NCBI RefSeq assembly: GCF_037042905.1
Contig: NC_087246.1
Location: 4,962,001 to 5,026,000 of the forward strand
DNA from: Lytechinus pictus
Lineage: Eukaryota
DNA: 64,000 bases
Reading direction: 5' to 3'
The number at the start of each line of letters is the position of its first letter. The first letter of the stretch is position 1. The notes beneath the pieces are model-generated. The model saw only the letters and a program-made list of their open reading frames with translations, made no database searches and was not told the origin of the DNA. A program made the position numbers and the translations under genes. This document shows, in pieces, positions 50,382 through 62,086 of this stretch.

Positions 50382-50542
50382 GGCATAAGACATTACCGCA
50401 TTGGTCAGATCATGCGAAGAGGCTGCGCACTACTGCGTATTAATCAATAAGATTGTGTGTTGCCGTGTTGCGTACCATTTATGCATCAACATTTAAGTGC
50501 GACACTAAGTAGTACTTAAATCTTTGTGAACCCCCCCCCCCC
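50321..50542. mobile_element. Short MITE with GGG..CCC termini (Harbinger-like)
   Basis: GGGGGTGTTTCAAAAGATTTAAGTATGACT versus AGTAGTACTTAAATCTTTGTGAACCCCCC; TSD not resolved. Confidence 0.6.
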
Positions 50543-50786
50543 GTACTATTGATGGGGTTAGCGGTTAGCCTACTATGTTAAAAGGTCATAAGGGAAGAAA
50601 GTTGACTAAACTTAATCCTGGACTGTAGATGGAGCTACATGTAACTTGATCATTTAGAAAAGGGTACAGTATTGATCGTTAGAAAAGGGTACAGTATTGG
50701 TCTTGGATATGCAGCTCATATAGGTTGAATAATTCTTTGTGCCATATCATGATTCTGAGGTGCTCTGAATCCAATCAATTTCTTAA

Positions 50787-51280
50787 AAGTCAAGTCCACA
50801 CTCTCCCCCCCTAAAAAAAAAAAAATTATAATAGAGAAAATTCAAACGAGCATGACAATGTATATTTCTGCCATTTCAAAGTTTACCCTCATTTCACAAA
50901 GAGTTTATATGTGCACAACACAGCTGATATGCAGATGTGAAAACCAATTTTATGCTGATATACACACTCACTTCTTTTTTTGTATATTGTAATATGATAT
51001 GTGAAATATTCAACTTTTACTCCAATAATGTAAAACTTGTATTGATTTCTTATAATCTAATGTTATTTTTATAGGAATTGATTTTCTCTAACAAAGATTC
51101 AGTACAAATCTTTGTTTTTATATATTTTAGATAAATTGAATATGACCGTTCTTGTAATGCAAGTGACACTTAAACATGCCATAACTTTTTAATTTATTTT
51201 AACATCAAATTTTCAGTGCAGTGCCTGCCTGATTTTACTCTTATTTGTTCAAATTAATTTGAACTTCTGAAATTAACTTC
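50787..51280. mobile_element. Highly decayed Kolobok-type MITE relic
   Basis: TTAAAAGTCAAGTCCAC start; motifs ATTTCACAAA, CACTCACTTCTTTT and CATAACTTT shared with the array MITE. Confidence 0.5.
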
Positions 51281-53219
51281 TTCTTGTGGTGTATTTAACA
51301 ATAGATTTTTGACAAATGAATGCAAGTATTATATTTTATATTTGCTTTACAAGTCTAGTTACATTGGATAAATATTGCTTTGTCTTAAGCTTGTTTTATG
51401 ATAACTTATCTTGAAATGCCACATACATGTACATGTATCAGGGATTATTTTATTTGTAGGTATGTTTATATATATTTGATATTTCTTGATTGATTTTCAA
51501 ATGATACAATAATACTTTTACTACAGTCTTGTAGAAGTGTTTTTTTTTTTAGATCTTGAAAGCACATGTTGATAATTACTAATAATTTGTTTGAACCACA
51601 ATCATTTGCGACAGTTCAAGACTGCCTGAACCTATTGAATATTTCAGTGATTTTGGAATACATTGATTTGCTATGAAAAGTAATTGATTTAAAAAAAAAA
51701 AATAATAATATATGTATTGGTTTACTTAAAACCGCTTAAGATCAGTTGGGAAACAAAGATGTGTAAATATTGACTTGTTGAGTAATTAATTATTGTTTTC
51801 AGTACGTCTGGAAATTTTTTTTCAGCCCTGAAGCAGAAGGAACAGTTTAAAGTGCATTTTCAGTCTTCAATACAAAAAAAAGAACAGTGATAACATCTTG
51901 TGGCACAAAAGAATAACGATGTTCCTTTTTATATTGGAGATAATTCATGAGTTGTTACTTTTTTATAAATACATTGTTTCTGAAAGTGGTACTCCGGGCC
52001 GAAAATGATATGAATTAGAGTAAAGAAGAAAACATTGAATACAGAAGTTATTGAATTTTACAGTTTGCAAATGCAGTAGAGCAAGCTGATGATCATGTCT
52101 ACACTTTACCTTTTCTTACTCATTACGTGTATTGCAAGTATTTAATCAAATCAAATGACTTGTGCAGGATGATTATTGAATATCGCAAGAGACATTAAAG
52201 GAATACTAGCACTGTATGCTTCCAAGTCACAGTCAAAACCATTTTAGGTACATGTAAATAAACTCGTAGGTTTCATTATAAAAAACATGCTTTCCTCCTG
52301 ATTTTGAACAATTAAGTCATCTCAATCTCAATTTGTTTTCATACTCCATGAAAGTGCATCAAATACCAGTCATTATATTAGTAATATCAGATCATCATCA
52401 AAGCTCGGGTCAAAACTTTGATGAAAGTACTAGTACGTATTTTGTCGTAGGTCCATTTAATGGACACATCCACACATTTTCTTATTCATTGAAGCTTATA
52501 TAAGAAAGTGCATCTGTCAAATCTTATGTTGCATGTGTATATTCAAAATTTAATAATATTTAAAAATAAGATAATTTCAGGGTACGGCTATTTTGCTGTA
52601 TGGCATATATTGCACAAAATTAAAGAGGGCATCAAAATTTACAATGACAATAATAGGGGCAATGAGTATAACCAACAAGAGCATCCACAACATTGCCCCT
52701 TCATGACCTTGCATTATCAAATTGTGTATCAAAGAATAAATGGGAGAAAAAAGAAAGAAAAGGTTTATGTTAATAAGTTAATGTTCCTGCTTAATTGAAT
52801 TGTGTATAATAATGTAGACAAGACTGTCATAGACGTTCCACTTGTGAGAGTATGCTTCTCATGCTTCATGCATATTGTATGATGTGTTGTGCTCTTTTGA
52901 TCAAATACAGTAATGAAAACCACACCGTCGACTCTTTTAACGAATTGGTAAAATCAACATTGTAATGATTTTGTCCATTGCATCGCTGTTAAATGTACTG
53001 CAATGTTGGCATATACATAGTATAAAATAAAATTGTCTATGCAATATGAGGAATAAATTTTATACAAAGATTAAATTGTGTTCTCTTTCCTTTATTGTTG
53101 GGGCTCCAAATTTACAAAGAAAATGAGGGAAATTATAATGAGAAGTCGGAAAAGGAATAAGAAAGTTATGGCCGTTTGAAAGACAAGATAAATAAGTTAT
53201 TTGTGCCAATAGCACTAGC

Positions 53220-55338
53220 GTACGCCGATGCTGGTGACTACAGAAGCTTCTATGAAGCCATCAGGGCTGTTTATGGCCCAAGACACCACACAGCAGTACG
53301 CCGATGCTGGTGACTACAGAAGCTTCTATGAAGCCATCAGGGCTGTTTATGGCCCAAGACACCAGGCTCAGAGTCCATTACGCAGTGCGGATGGACTGAC
53401 ACTCCTCAAAGACAAGACATCTATCCTTACCCGATGGTCTGAGCACTTCCAGGCACTCTTTGGAGCTGACCGGGTTGTCCAGGACTCAGCAACCCTCCGC
53501 ATCCCCCAGCTGTCAGTCAAGGAGGAACTGGATGTACCGCCCTCTCTGCAAGAACTTACAAAAGCCATTGAGCAGATGAAGAGTGGCAAAGCAGCAGGAG
53601 TTGATGGAATTCCACCTGAGATATGGAAATGTGGAGGACCAGTGTTACACAACAAGCTCCATGAACTCCTTGTCTGTTGTTGGGAACAGGGCAAGCTACC
53701 AGGAGACCTCCGCGATGCAGTCATCATTACCTTATACAAGAATAAGGGGGAAAGGTCTGACTGCTCAAACTACAGGGGTATCACTCTACTGTCCATCGCA
53801 GGAAAAATCTTTGCCCGAGTGCTCTTGAATAGGCTAGTACCTGTCATCGCAGAAGACCACTTCCCAGAAACCCAGTGTGGCTTCAGAGCAAACCGAGGTA
53901 CCACAGACATGGTCTTCGTCCTCCGTCAGCTCCAAGAGAAATGCCGGGAACAAAATAAAGGACTGTACATAACGTTTGTCGACCTAACCAAGGCATTTGA
54001 CACGGTGAGCAGAAAGGGCCTCTGGCTAATCTTGGAACGCCTCGGTTGTCCCCCAAGGTTCCTCAGTATGATCATCCAGCTGCATGAAAACCAGCGTGGC
54101 CAAGTTAGGTTAAACAGCCATCACTCCGAATCTTTCCCAATCACAAACGGTGTGAAACAGGGTTGTGTCCTTGCACCGACGCTGTTCAGTATCTTCTTCA
54201 GCGTAATGCTCAAGCAGGCCATGGAAGGTCTTGATGAAGACGAGGCTGTCTACATCCGCTACCGCCTCGATGGCAGTCTATTCAATCTCAGGAGACTGCA
54301 GGCCCACACAAAAACTTGTGAGCAAATATTTAGAGACCTTCTCTTTGCCGATGATGCTGCCCTCGTTGCCCATACCGAAAGAGCCCTGCAGTGCTTGACA
54401 TCCTGCTTTGCGGAGGCTGCTCAACTCTTCGGACTCGAAGTCAGCTTGAAGAAGACGGAAGTCCTCCATCAACCTGCACCCCGGGAAGAGTACCGCCTTC
54501 CTCACATCACTATTGGCGAGACTGTGTTGAAGAGCGTTCACCAGTTTACCTACCTGGGATGTACAATTACTTCAGACGCCAAGATTGACAGGGAAGTAGA
54601 CAACAGACTGGCCAAAGCTAACAGTGCCTTCGGCAGACTGTACAAGCGGGTCTGGAGAAATAAGCATCTGAAAAGGGGCACCAAGATCAGCGTATACAGA
54701 GCTGTTGTCCTCACCACCCTACTGTACGGTTCTGAGTCGTGGGTAACTTACCGCCACCACATGCGACTCCTGGAGCGTTTCCATCAGCGCTGTCTCCGGA
54801 TCATCCTCAACATTCACTGGACCGACTATGTCACAAATGTTGAGGTCCTTGAACAGGCGGAGATCCCCAGTATCGAGGCCATGCTGCTGAAGACTCAGCT
54901 CCGTTGGGCAGGACACATCTCAAGAATGGAAGACCATCGCCTGCCCAAGATAGCCCTGTACGGCGAACTTTCTACTGGCAATCGTGACAGAGGGGCTCCA
55001 AAGAAACGCTTCAAGGACATCCTGAAGAAGTCCCTCGGTACATGCCATATCGATCATTGCCAGTGGTCTACTCTGGCTGCTGACCGTGCTAGCTGGCGAC
55101 ATATAGTCCATCAGGCTGTCTCTTCTTTCGAGGAATCCCGAAAAGATCACCTGAGGGAGAAACGTCGCCGCAGAAAGAATCGCGAAGCCTCAGCAGCCAC
55201 ACCAAACGTGACTTTTGACTGCGGCCGCTGTGGCCGGGCCTGTCTATCACGTATTGGCCTTGTGAGTCACATGCGTGCCTGCAGTCGACGTGGACTGCCT
55301 TTATAAATCTTCGTTCGCGAAGCAAGCCAAGAGAGAGA
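53220..55338 (+). mobile_element. 5'-truncated RTE-clade non-LTR retrotransposon
   Basis: RT ORF, a very short 3' UTR with hairpin CTTCG-TTCG-CGAAG (55309-55322) and a (GA)n tail (55331-55338). No endonuclease domain. 69-nt duplication at the 5' junction. Confidence 0.93.
53288..55306 (+). CDS. RTE reverse transcriptase (5'-truncated, uninterrupted frame)
   Basis: Motifs KAAGVDGIPPE, NYRGITLLS, QCGFR, FVDLTKAFD, GVKQGCVLAP, LLFADD, FTYLG and LRWAGH; C-terminal CGRCGRACLSRIGLVSH. Confidence 0.93.
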   Translation, partial: TQQYADAGDYRSFYEAIRAVYGPRHQAQSPLRSADGLTLLKDKTSILTRWSEHFQALFGADRVVQDSATLRIPQLSVKEELDVPPSLQELTKAIEQMKSGKAAGVDGIPPEIWKCGGPVLHNKLHELLVCCWEQGKLPGDLRDAVIITLYKNKGERSDCSNYRGITLLSIAGKIFARVLLNRLVPVIAEDHFPETQCGFRANRGTTDMVFVLRQLQEKCREQNKGLYITFVDLTKAFDTVSRKGLWLILERLGCPPRFLSMIIQLHENQRGQVRLNSHHSESFPITNGVKQGCVLAPTLFSIFFSVMLKQAMEGLDEDEAVYIRYRLDGSLFNLRRLQAHTKTCEQIFRDLLFADDAALVAHTERALQCLTSCFAEAAQLFGLEVSLKKTEVLHQPAPREEYRLPHITIGETVLKSVHQFTYLGCTITSDAKIDREVDNRLAKANSAFGRLYKRVWRNKHLKRGTKISVYRAVVLTTLLYGSESWVTYRHHMRLLERFHQRCLRIILNIHWTDYVTNVEVLEQAEIPSIEAMLLKTQLRWAGHISRMEDHRLPKIALYGELSTGNRDRGAPKKRFKDILKKSLGTCHIDHCQWSTLAADRASWRHIVHQAVSSFEESRKDHLREKRRRRKNREASAATPNVTFDCGRCGRACLSRIGLVSHMRACSRRGLPL

Positions 55339-56586
55339 CCTAAGGGAGGCAGACTGCCCCCCCCCCCCCGACGAGTCAAAACTCGTGCAGGGGACGTATC
55401 CCTGCCCCCCTGACGAGTCACAACTGATACAGGGGACGTGCCCCCCCCCTTTGAGAAGCGAAATTAATAATTTGTAATGTAAAAATGCAATAAGAACAGA
55501 CGTGTACCCCCTGAACCTGAAGACTTTTTTTTTTTCTTGTCAAATTTTTTCGCGGACTAATCCTCCAAAAAATTTGCCCCCCTTCTGGAAAATCCTAGGT
55601 ACGCCAGTGCCAAGTGGTAAGGATTTCTCCTGTTTTCCTAATTGTGAATTTATCATCGAAACACCCTTTCCTCTAGACATCAGTCAAATATGATTTACAT
55701 GTAGTTAGACTTTGCGGAGTTAACTAGCAAATTAAACAAAAGTCGACACAATGAAGGGCGTTTCGTCTCCCGAAAGGCTTGACAAGCAAAACAAAAAAAA
55801 TAAAAGGAGCCCAACTAAAACATTCTTTACGATCAAATACCCCCTCCCCTCTGGATACACCATTGCATATTGCAAGTTGTCCTTGTAGAAGAAAATGTAT
55901 ATTTTGTTTTGCTTGAATCTGTGCCAAAGGTGATGTTCACCAATTTTCAAAAGGTCTTCCGAAGACAACCTTTGGCATTTTATCGAGCATTACCGCAGTG
56001 GCGTAAATTCATGCAGGGAAGGGGGGGGGGGGGATTGATATGAATAAAAAAACGGTTTTGAAAGTGGGGAAGGGGTCGGGGCTGATCATGCAAAAAAAAA
56101 TTAAGTTTTTGCACACGATTTTGGGAGAAAAAAGTGGGGGATGAAGATCACCCAGCCCCCCCCCCCCCCCCCGTTTGAAACTTTGCACTTACAACCAAAT
56201 TCTGGTTGTAATTCGGTACAGCCGTTTGAGAGGGGGTAGTTGAAATGCCAATATCGCCAAAGTGAGAGAGAGCGACCGAACAAGAGATTCACAATTTCAT
56301 TTTTATAACCTTCCATTTGGTGTAGAAGTCTGTGCCGGCCGGCCATACCCCCAGTCCTCAAAACAGGACGTGTCCGTCACGCAAGAGGGCGTAGCGACCA
56401 AGCATGGTACTTGTATTAAATTGTTGTAAGTAAAAAAATGTTTAGAGCCTGCTATCAATATAGCAAACTGAGCACACTCGATAGGAGGAATGCTTCTATT
56501 TATCAAAAATTTTAGTAAATGGTAACATGGTAAATGGACTCCTTTAATTTTGGAAAATTCATAGGGCTACTGCCAAATATTCAATT

Positions 56587-56798
56587 CAGTGCCGTACGCG
56601 GGACTTTTAAAAAGGGGGTTAAGCTGAATGAAATGTTGACAAGCAAAAAAATAATAGTCATCACCACAAATTTTAAGCCGTTTTGTACCCCGGAAATTGA
56701 TAAGAAAAAAAAGTATTCAACATTTATTAGGGGGGGGGGTAGGTTATAAAAAATAAATGGGGGTGAACACCTGTACCCCCCCCCTGCGTACGCCACTG
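56587..56798. mobile_element. 212-bp hAT-like MITE
   Basis: CAGTGCCGTACGC...GCGTACGCCACTG; 8-bp TSD ATTCAATT / GTTCAATT. Confidence 0.8.
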
Positions 56799-57109
56799 GT
56801 TCAATTATTCACAGATAAAGGAATGACAAAAAATATATTTCAGAGAAAAGGAAAGCCAAACAAAAGTTTACACTATAACAATAATTGGAAAACTATGGAA
56901 AATGTCATGTATTACTTGATTTATATATACGACATATAGTTATGAATATTTTTGTTTATGTTATTGCATATATTTTAAAACAAAATGTTCATGCCAAATG
57001 AATGAAGTTTGTTGATAAATTAAAATTCAATATGAGAACTAACTCCCAATAAATATTTAAAAAAGATATGAAAAAAATCTTTCTAATCAACGAAAAATTC
57101 TGTTCTTAA

Positions 57110-57694
57110 AGGAGAATGAAACCTTTGGAACAAGATAGCTTGTGTGAAAACAGAAAAATCAAAGAAACAGATCAACGAAAGTTTGAGAAAAATCGGACAA
57201 ATAATGAGAAAGTTATGAGCATTTGAATATTGCGATCACTGCTATGGAGATCCTCAAATTGGCAATGCGACAAAGATGTGTGATGTCACCTGTGAACAAC
57301 TTTCCCCATTACTTTAGTATATATTTCACTCTAAATTGCCTCTATTATCACATCTATCCGTAGATCATGTGTTCTTTCTATAGGAGGGCATGTAATACAG
57401 ATTTTTAAAGAATACATCATGGATAAAGAGTTTGTATCACCATAAGAAAAAGCAAAAAGAGAAATTTTGAGGGTAATTTATAGTCCATCAAAGGTAAAGT
57501 TGTTTACATGTGACATCACACATCCTTGTCGCATTGCCAACGTGAGGATCTCCATAGCATTAGTGATTGCAATATTCAAATGCTCATAACTTTCTCATTA
57601 TTTGTCCGATTTTTCTCAAACTTTCTTTGTTCTTATTCTTTGATTTTTATGTTTCGACACACAAGCCTACTTGTTCCAAAGGTTTCATTCCCCT
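57110..57694. mobile_element. Kolobok/T2-type palindromic MITE (second family)
   Basis: TTAA AGGAGAATGAAACCTTTGGAACAAG ... CTTGTTCCAAAGGTTTCATTCCCCT TTAA; inverted arms of ~200 bp. Confidence 0.88.
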
Positions 57695-57844
57695 TTAAGT
57701 TTGACCCTTTTTAGCTCATCCGGCCCGAAGGGCCAGATGAGCTTATGCCGTGGCGTGTCGTCCGGCGTCCGTCGTCCGTCCACAATTTCAAAATGCTTCT
57801 TCGCCGCCATTTCAAGTCCGATTTCAATTCTGTTTGCTTTATAT

Positions 57845-59272
57845 CACTGGCGTAAATCCCGGGGGGGATGGGGGGATATATCCCCCCCACTTTTCGAGGA
57901 GGGGGGGATGGCCTGTACAAACATCCCCCCACTTTTTACGAAAGAAATGAAGAAAAAAATCACAAGAGATAATTGTTTTATTGGTGAAAATTCTTCCAAA
58001 AATACCGCTTAACAAATAAAATAATATTATTGAATCATAAAATGCAAATAAAGAGCCAGTTCACCATTTCCAAACGAAATACTTCCAATTCATCAATGTT
58101 GGGGTCTTTGGGAAGGGATTAAGATGGAATGTCAAAAATTTTTGAATGTAATCTCTAATAAACCAATAAACCATCATGTGGTAAAAAAGATAATAATATT
58201 GGAGGGGTATTTGCCATATGGACATACAGTGGCGTAACTACGGGGGACATGGGGGGCACATCCCCCCCCCCCCATCGGCTGACCAAAAAAAAAAAACGGG
58301 GAAAGGGGGAAAAGGAGAAAAGAGGGAGAAAGGAAGAGAAACGTAGTGGAAAAGAAGAAAATATTATTCATTATAATGTTATATTATATTATAATTATGT
58401 TAAGTTACATTACATAAGAAACATTTTTATCATAACTTTATGAAACATAATTTGCCCAGGGCCTACGTCTCAATTGTTCAGTGGTGCTCGCATTGTCTGT
58501 TTAACGAGATATATAATCCTGTTGTACCAAAACATCCCGTTTTCAAGTCAATATAAACCAAATATATTTCCTAGCACTTGAGTTATCATTGTTTTATGTA
58601 GTGACATATGCTTTTTTTTCATGACTCAAAAGTGATTGCCCCATGTTAAGGTCTTCGTATATATGAAACATTTCCTGTCCGTGATTACGTTCGCATTTTT
58701 CATGGATTGGTGAGATATGTCTGCTCTTCATGAATTCCTAAAATCAGTCCTTAGAATGTCCCTTCTTCTGATCTGAATATCAAAAATTTTCAGCTCGCGC
58801 TTCGCGCTCGCATCATTTGGTTAATGAAATACGTATGGTCCTGGTTATTCCTACAAAGAAAACTTAGAATGCCCCACTTCAGGTCTGAATTATCTAAGTT
58901 TTCAGCTCGCGCTTCGCGCTCGCATTGTTAAGCGAGACAGGTACCTATCATGATTACACAAATTTGATTATAATGTCCCTTTTTAGGTGTGAATATAAAA
59001 AAATTTCAGCTCGCGCTTCGCGCTCGCATTATTTGATGAGTGAGATACATATCCGTTTAATGACATTGTCCTTAAAATGTCTCTATTAAATCACTCACTC
59101 AGTCATTCAAAAATTTTGCTGGTGCCCCCCCCCCCCCCAATGCCGTGACCCACGGTACGCCACTGTGGACATATCAATGACAATTCCTTGCATATCTAAA
59201 AACATGATTGCAAAAAAATGCCAAAATATTTCAGTCATCCCCCCCACCCATCAACACGGATTTACGTCAGTG
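57845..59272. mobile_element. hAT-like MITE nested in the HINE
   Basis: CACTGGCGTAAATCC...GGATTTACGTCAGTG; perfect 8-bp TSD CTTTATAT (57837-57844 / 59273-59280). Confidence 0.9.
58227..59165. mobile_element. hAT-like MITE nested in the previous MITE
   Basis: CAGTGGCGTA...TACGCCACTG; perfect 8-bp TSD TGGACATA (58219-58226 / 59166-59173); GCTCGCGCTTCGCGCTCGC subrepeats. Confidence 0.9.
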
Positions 59273-60214
59273 CTTTATATGATAGCACTAGGTGGGGGAT
59301 TCAAAACTTCTACACAGAATTTTGAAATTCATTAAATATGCTAATTTATGCGTATTTTTCAAAATTCACAAAAAATGATTCTTTATTTGTTGACCGATTT
59401 TGAATTTTTTGCTTCCATCTGGTAGAGCTTCATCAAACTTCTACACAGAATTTTTGAAATTTTGTCTAGAACAATTTTTATGCTAATTTATGCGAAATAA
59501 ATGTATGCATATTTTTAAAAATTCACATAAAATGCTTCTTCTTTATTTGTTGACCGATTTGATTTTTTTCCATCTGGTAGAGCTTTATGAAGTTCACCAA
59601 ACTTCTACACAGAATTTTTAAATTTGAAGTAGAAAAATATTTATGCTAATTTATGCGAAATTCATAAATCACAGAAAATGCCTCTTCTTTATTTGTTGAC
59701 TGAATTTCAAAATGCTTCTTCTTCGTCATTTCAAGTCTGATTTCAATTCTGTTTGCTTTATATGATAGCATTAGGTGGGGGATTCAAAACTTCTACACAG
59801 AATTTTTAAACTTATTAAATATGCTAATTTATGCGTATTTTTAAAAACACACATAAAATGCTTCTTTAATTGTTGACCGATTTTGATTTTTTTTCTTCCA
59901 TCTGGTAGAACTTCATGAGGTTCGCCAAACTTCTACACAGAATTTTTAAATTTGAAGTAGAAAATTATTTATGCTAATTTTTTTTCATAAATCACAAAAA
60001 AAATTCTTCTTCATTTGTTGATCAATTTCAATTTTGTTTGCTTTATATGATAGCTCGAGGTGGTGATACAAAATTTCAACACAGAATTTTGAAACTCATT
60101 AAATATGCTAATTTATTGATATATTTTCAAAACTCACAAAAATATTTATTTGTTGATTGATTTTGATTAATTTTGTTCCATCTGAGAGCTACATGAGGTT
60201 CTACATAGAGTTAA

Positions 60215-60804
60215 AGGGATGGTCCGGGCTGAAAATATTTATATCTAAATAGGGCATACATAGAGTAGAATTCACTGAGCAAAATGCCGAAAATTTCATC
60301 AAAATCGGATAACAAGTAATAAAGTTATTGAAGTTTAACGTTTAGCAATATTTTGTGAAAACAGTCGTCATGAATATTCATTAGGTGGGCTGGTGATGTC
60401 ACATCTCCACTTTCTGTTTTGTTATGTTATTACATAAAATCATATTTTTTTCATTTTTTCATACTTGTGTGAATAATATGTCTCCCTTATAATGAAATAA
60501 GTTGCAGCAATAAATATCTAATGCGCTAAATCAGTTGTCAATCCAATTTTTCTAGTTCTTGGAGGGAAAAATTTGAATAAACCTAATTTCATATAATAAA
60601 ATACAAAAGAACAAGTGGAGATGTGACATCATCAACTCACGTAATGAATATTCATGACGACTGTTTTCACAAAATATTACTGAACTTTAAAATTCAATAA
60701 CTTTGTTATTTGTTATCCGATTTCAATGAAAATTTTCAGCATTTTGCTCAGTGAATTATACTCTATTCATTAAGCTATAAGTACTTTCAGCCCGGACCAT
60801 CCCT
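60215..60804. mobile_element. Kolobok/T2-type MITE (third family) nested in the HINE central repeats
   Basis: TTAA AGGGATGGTCCGGGCTGAAA ... TTTCAGCCCGGACCATCCCT TTAA. Confidence 0.9.
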
Positions 60805-61159
60805 TTAAGAAATTTTTGACTAGAAAATTATTTATGCTTAATTTATATGAAATATATTCATAGATTTCTTCATCAATTTCAATTCTATATCCTCAATTTA
60901 TGTCACCAATATAATTCACTATGTAGTGTCAACTGGGCTGAAATTAAAATTGTGTTAAATTTCGTTGCGAGATGCCGGATGAGCTCCACATCATTGATGT
61001 GCTAGTTTCTTTCTCATGCACCCTCTCCACCCCTCTCCCCCTCTCTCTCTCCCTCTCCCTCTCTCCCCCTCGACCTATTCTTTCCTTCTCTCTCTTTCCC
61101 CGGACCTAATTTATGATTATTATTATGTTTTTATTAGTTTTTGTAGTGCAGAAAAAAAG

Positions 61160-61654
61160 TACAAGTAAAATTCACAAAGCAAATTGCTAAAAATTTCATC
61201 AAAATCTGATGTCAAATAACGAAGTTATTGAATTTTAAAAGTTTCGAAATATATTGTGAAAACAGTAACTGACGTGCATATAACTGTTATATGCTCGTCG
61301 TCATAAACATTCATTAGATGGGCTGATGATGTCACATCCCCACTTTCCCTTTTCTTATGTTATTACATGAAATCATAAGCGTTATTTTTTTTTATATACA
61401 TGTGTGAATGATGTGTCTCCCTCGGTGAAATAAGTTGCAGCAATAAATACCTAATGCACTTCATTTGTTATTCTAATATTTTTGGTTCTTGTAGACATGC
61501 CTAGAATTGTCCACCGGAAAATGCAAATCTTTAAAATGCCATTACTTTGTTATTCCTTGTCCGATTTTGATCAAATTTTCAGTGTTTTGTTTGTCTGCTT
61601 TTTCTTAATTTGTTTACCGTGTAAATCATATTATTGTCAGCCTGGAGTACCTTT
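61160..61654. mobile_element. Decayed Kolobok-type MITE, left end lost
   Basis: Shares AATTTCATCAAAATC, GATGTCACATC and GAAATAAGTTGCAGCAATAAATA with 60215-60804; ends CAGCCTGGAGTACCTT TTAA. Confidence 0.6.
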
Positions 61655-62086
61655 TAAATACTAGGTGTTTGATGCAAATAAATTTAAAAAAATGTGAATT
61701 TTAATAACTTCAGACAAAAATTTATTTGCAGTCGGACTAAATAATACATTTTTTCATGCTGATAAGTATTATTTTCGTAGAAAATTTTAATTTTCAATGG
61801 CACTTTATTTCATAAATGACATCATGACGTCTTAACATAAAAAAAATAAGTTATCCATCAAACGTGTTTATGGTTGTAGGATAGGATGCACCCCACCCCT
61901 ATTTACGCCAGACTGAACTTGGTTGATATTTATACAATATCAACGTATAGAAAAAATAAGGTAATTACATGAAATGATTTGCATAGGCTGACCTACAAGC
62001 TACACACTAATTTTGGATACATGCACCCACTTATTTTAAAATAAGTTTTCCTTTTATTTATGCCTTAATAATTCCTTTTATTTCAA

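Larger units (their letters stand above)
53213..55609. mobile_element. hAT-like MITE split by the RTE insertion
   Basis: Joining CACTAGCGTA (53213) to CCTAAG (55339) gives a left TIR matching 14/16 the reverse complement of the right end CCTAGGTACGCCAGTG (ends 55609). Confidence 0.7.
57710..61007 (+). mobile_element. Helentron-associated non-autonomous element (HINE/DINE-1-like) with central tandem repeats
   Basis: T-run insertion site. SubTIR AGCTCATCCGGC (57713) / GCCGGATGAGCT (60974-60985). 5' inverted repeat GCCAGATGAGCT and CGTC microsatellite-like tract. ~125-bp central repeats (AAACTTCTACACAGAATTTT..ATGCTAATTTATGCG). 3' hairpin CACATCA-T-TGATGTG, then CTAGTT. Confidence 0.82.

Noticed and set aside
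53228..53287. N-terminal 20 aa of the 692-aa ORF as a genuine RTE start
   Set aside because: It is the duplicated 69-nt segment read in another frame.
53368..55421. Antisense and alternate-frame ORFs within the RTE
   Set aside because: Shadow ORFs of a GC-richer coding sequence.
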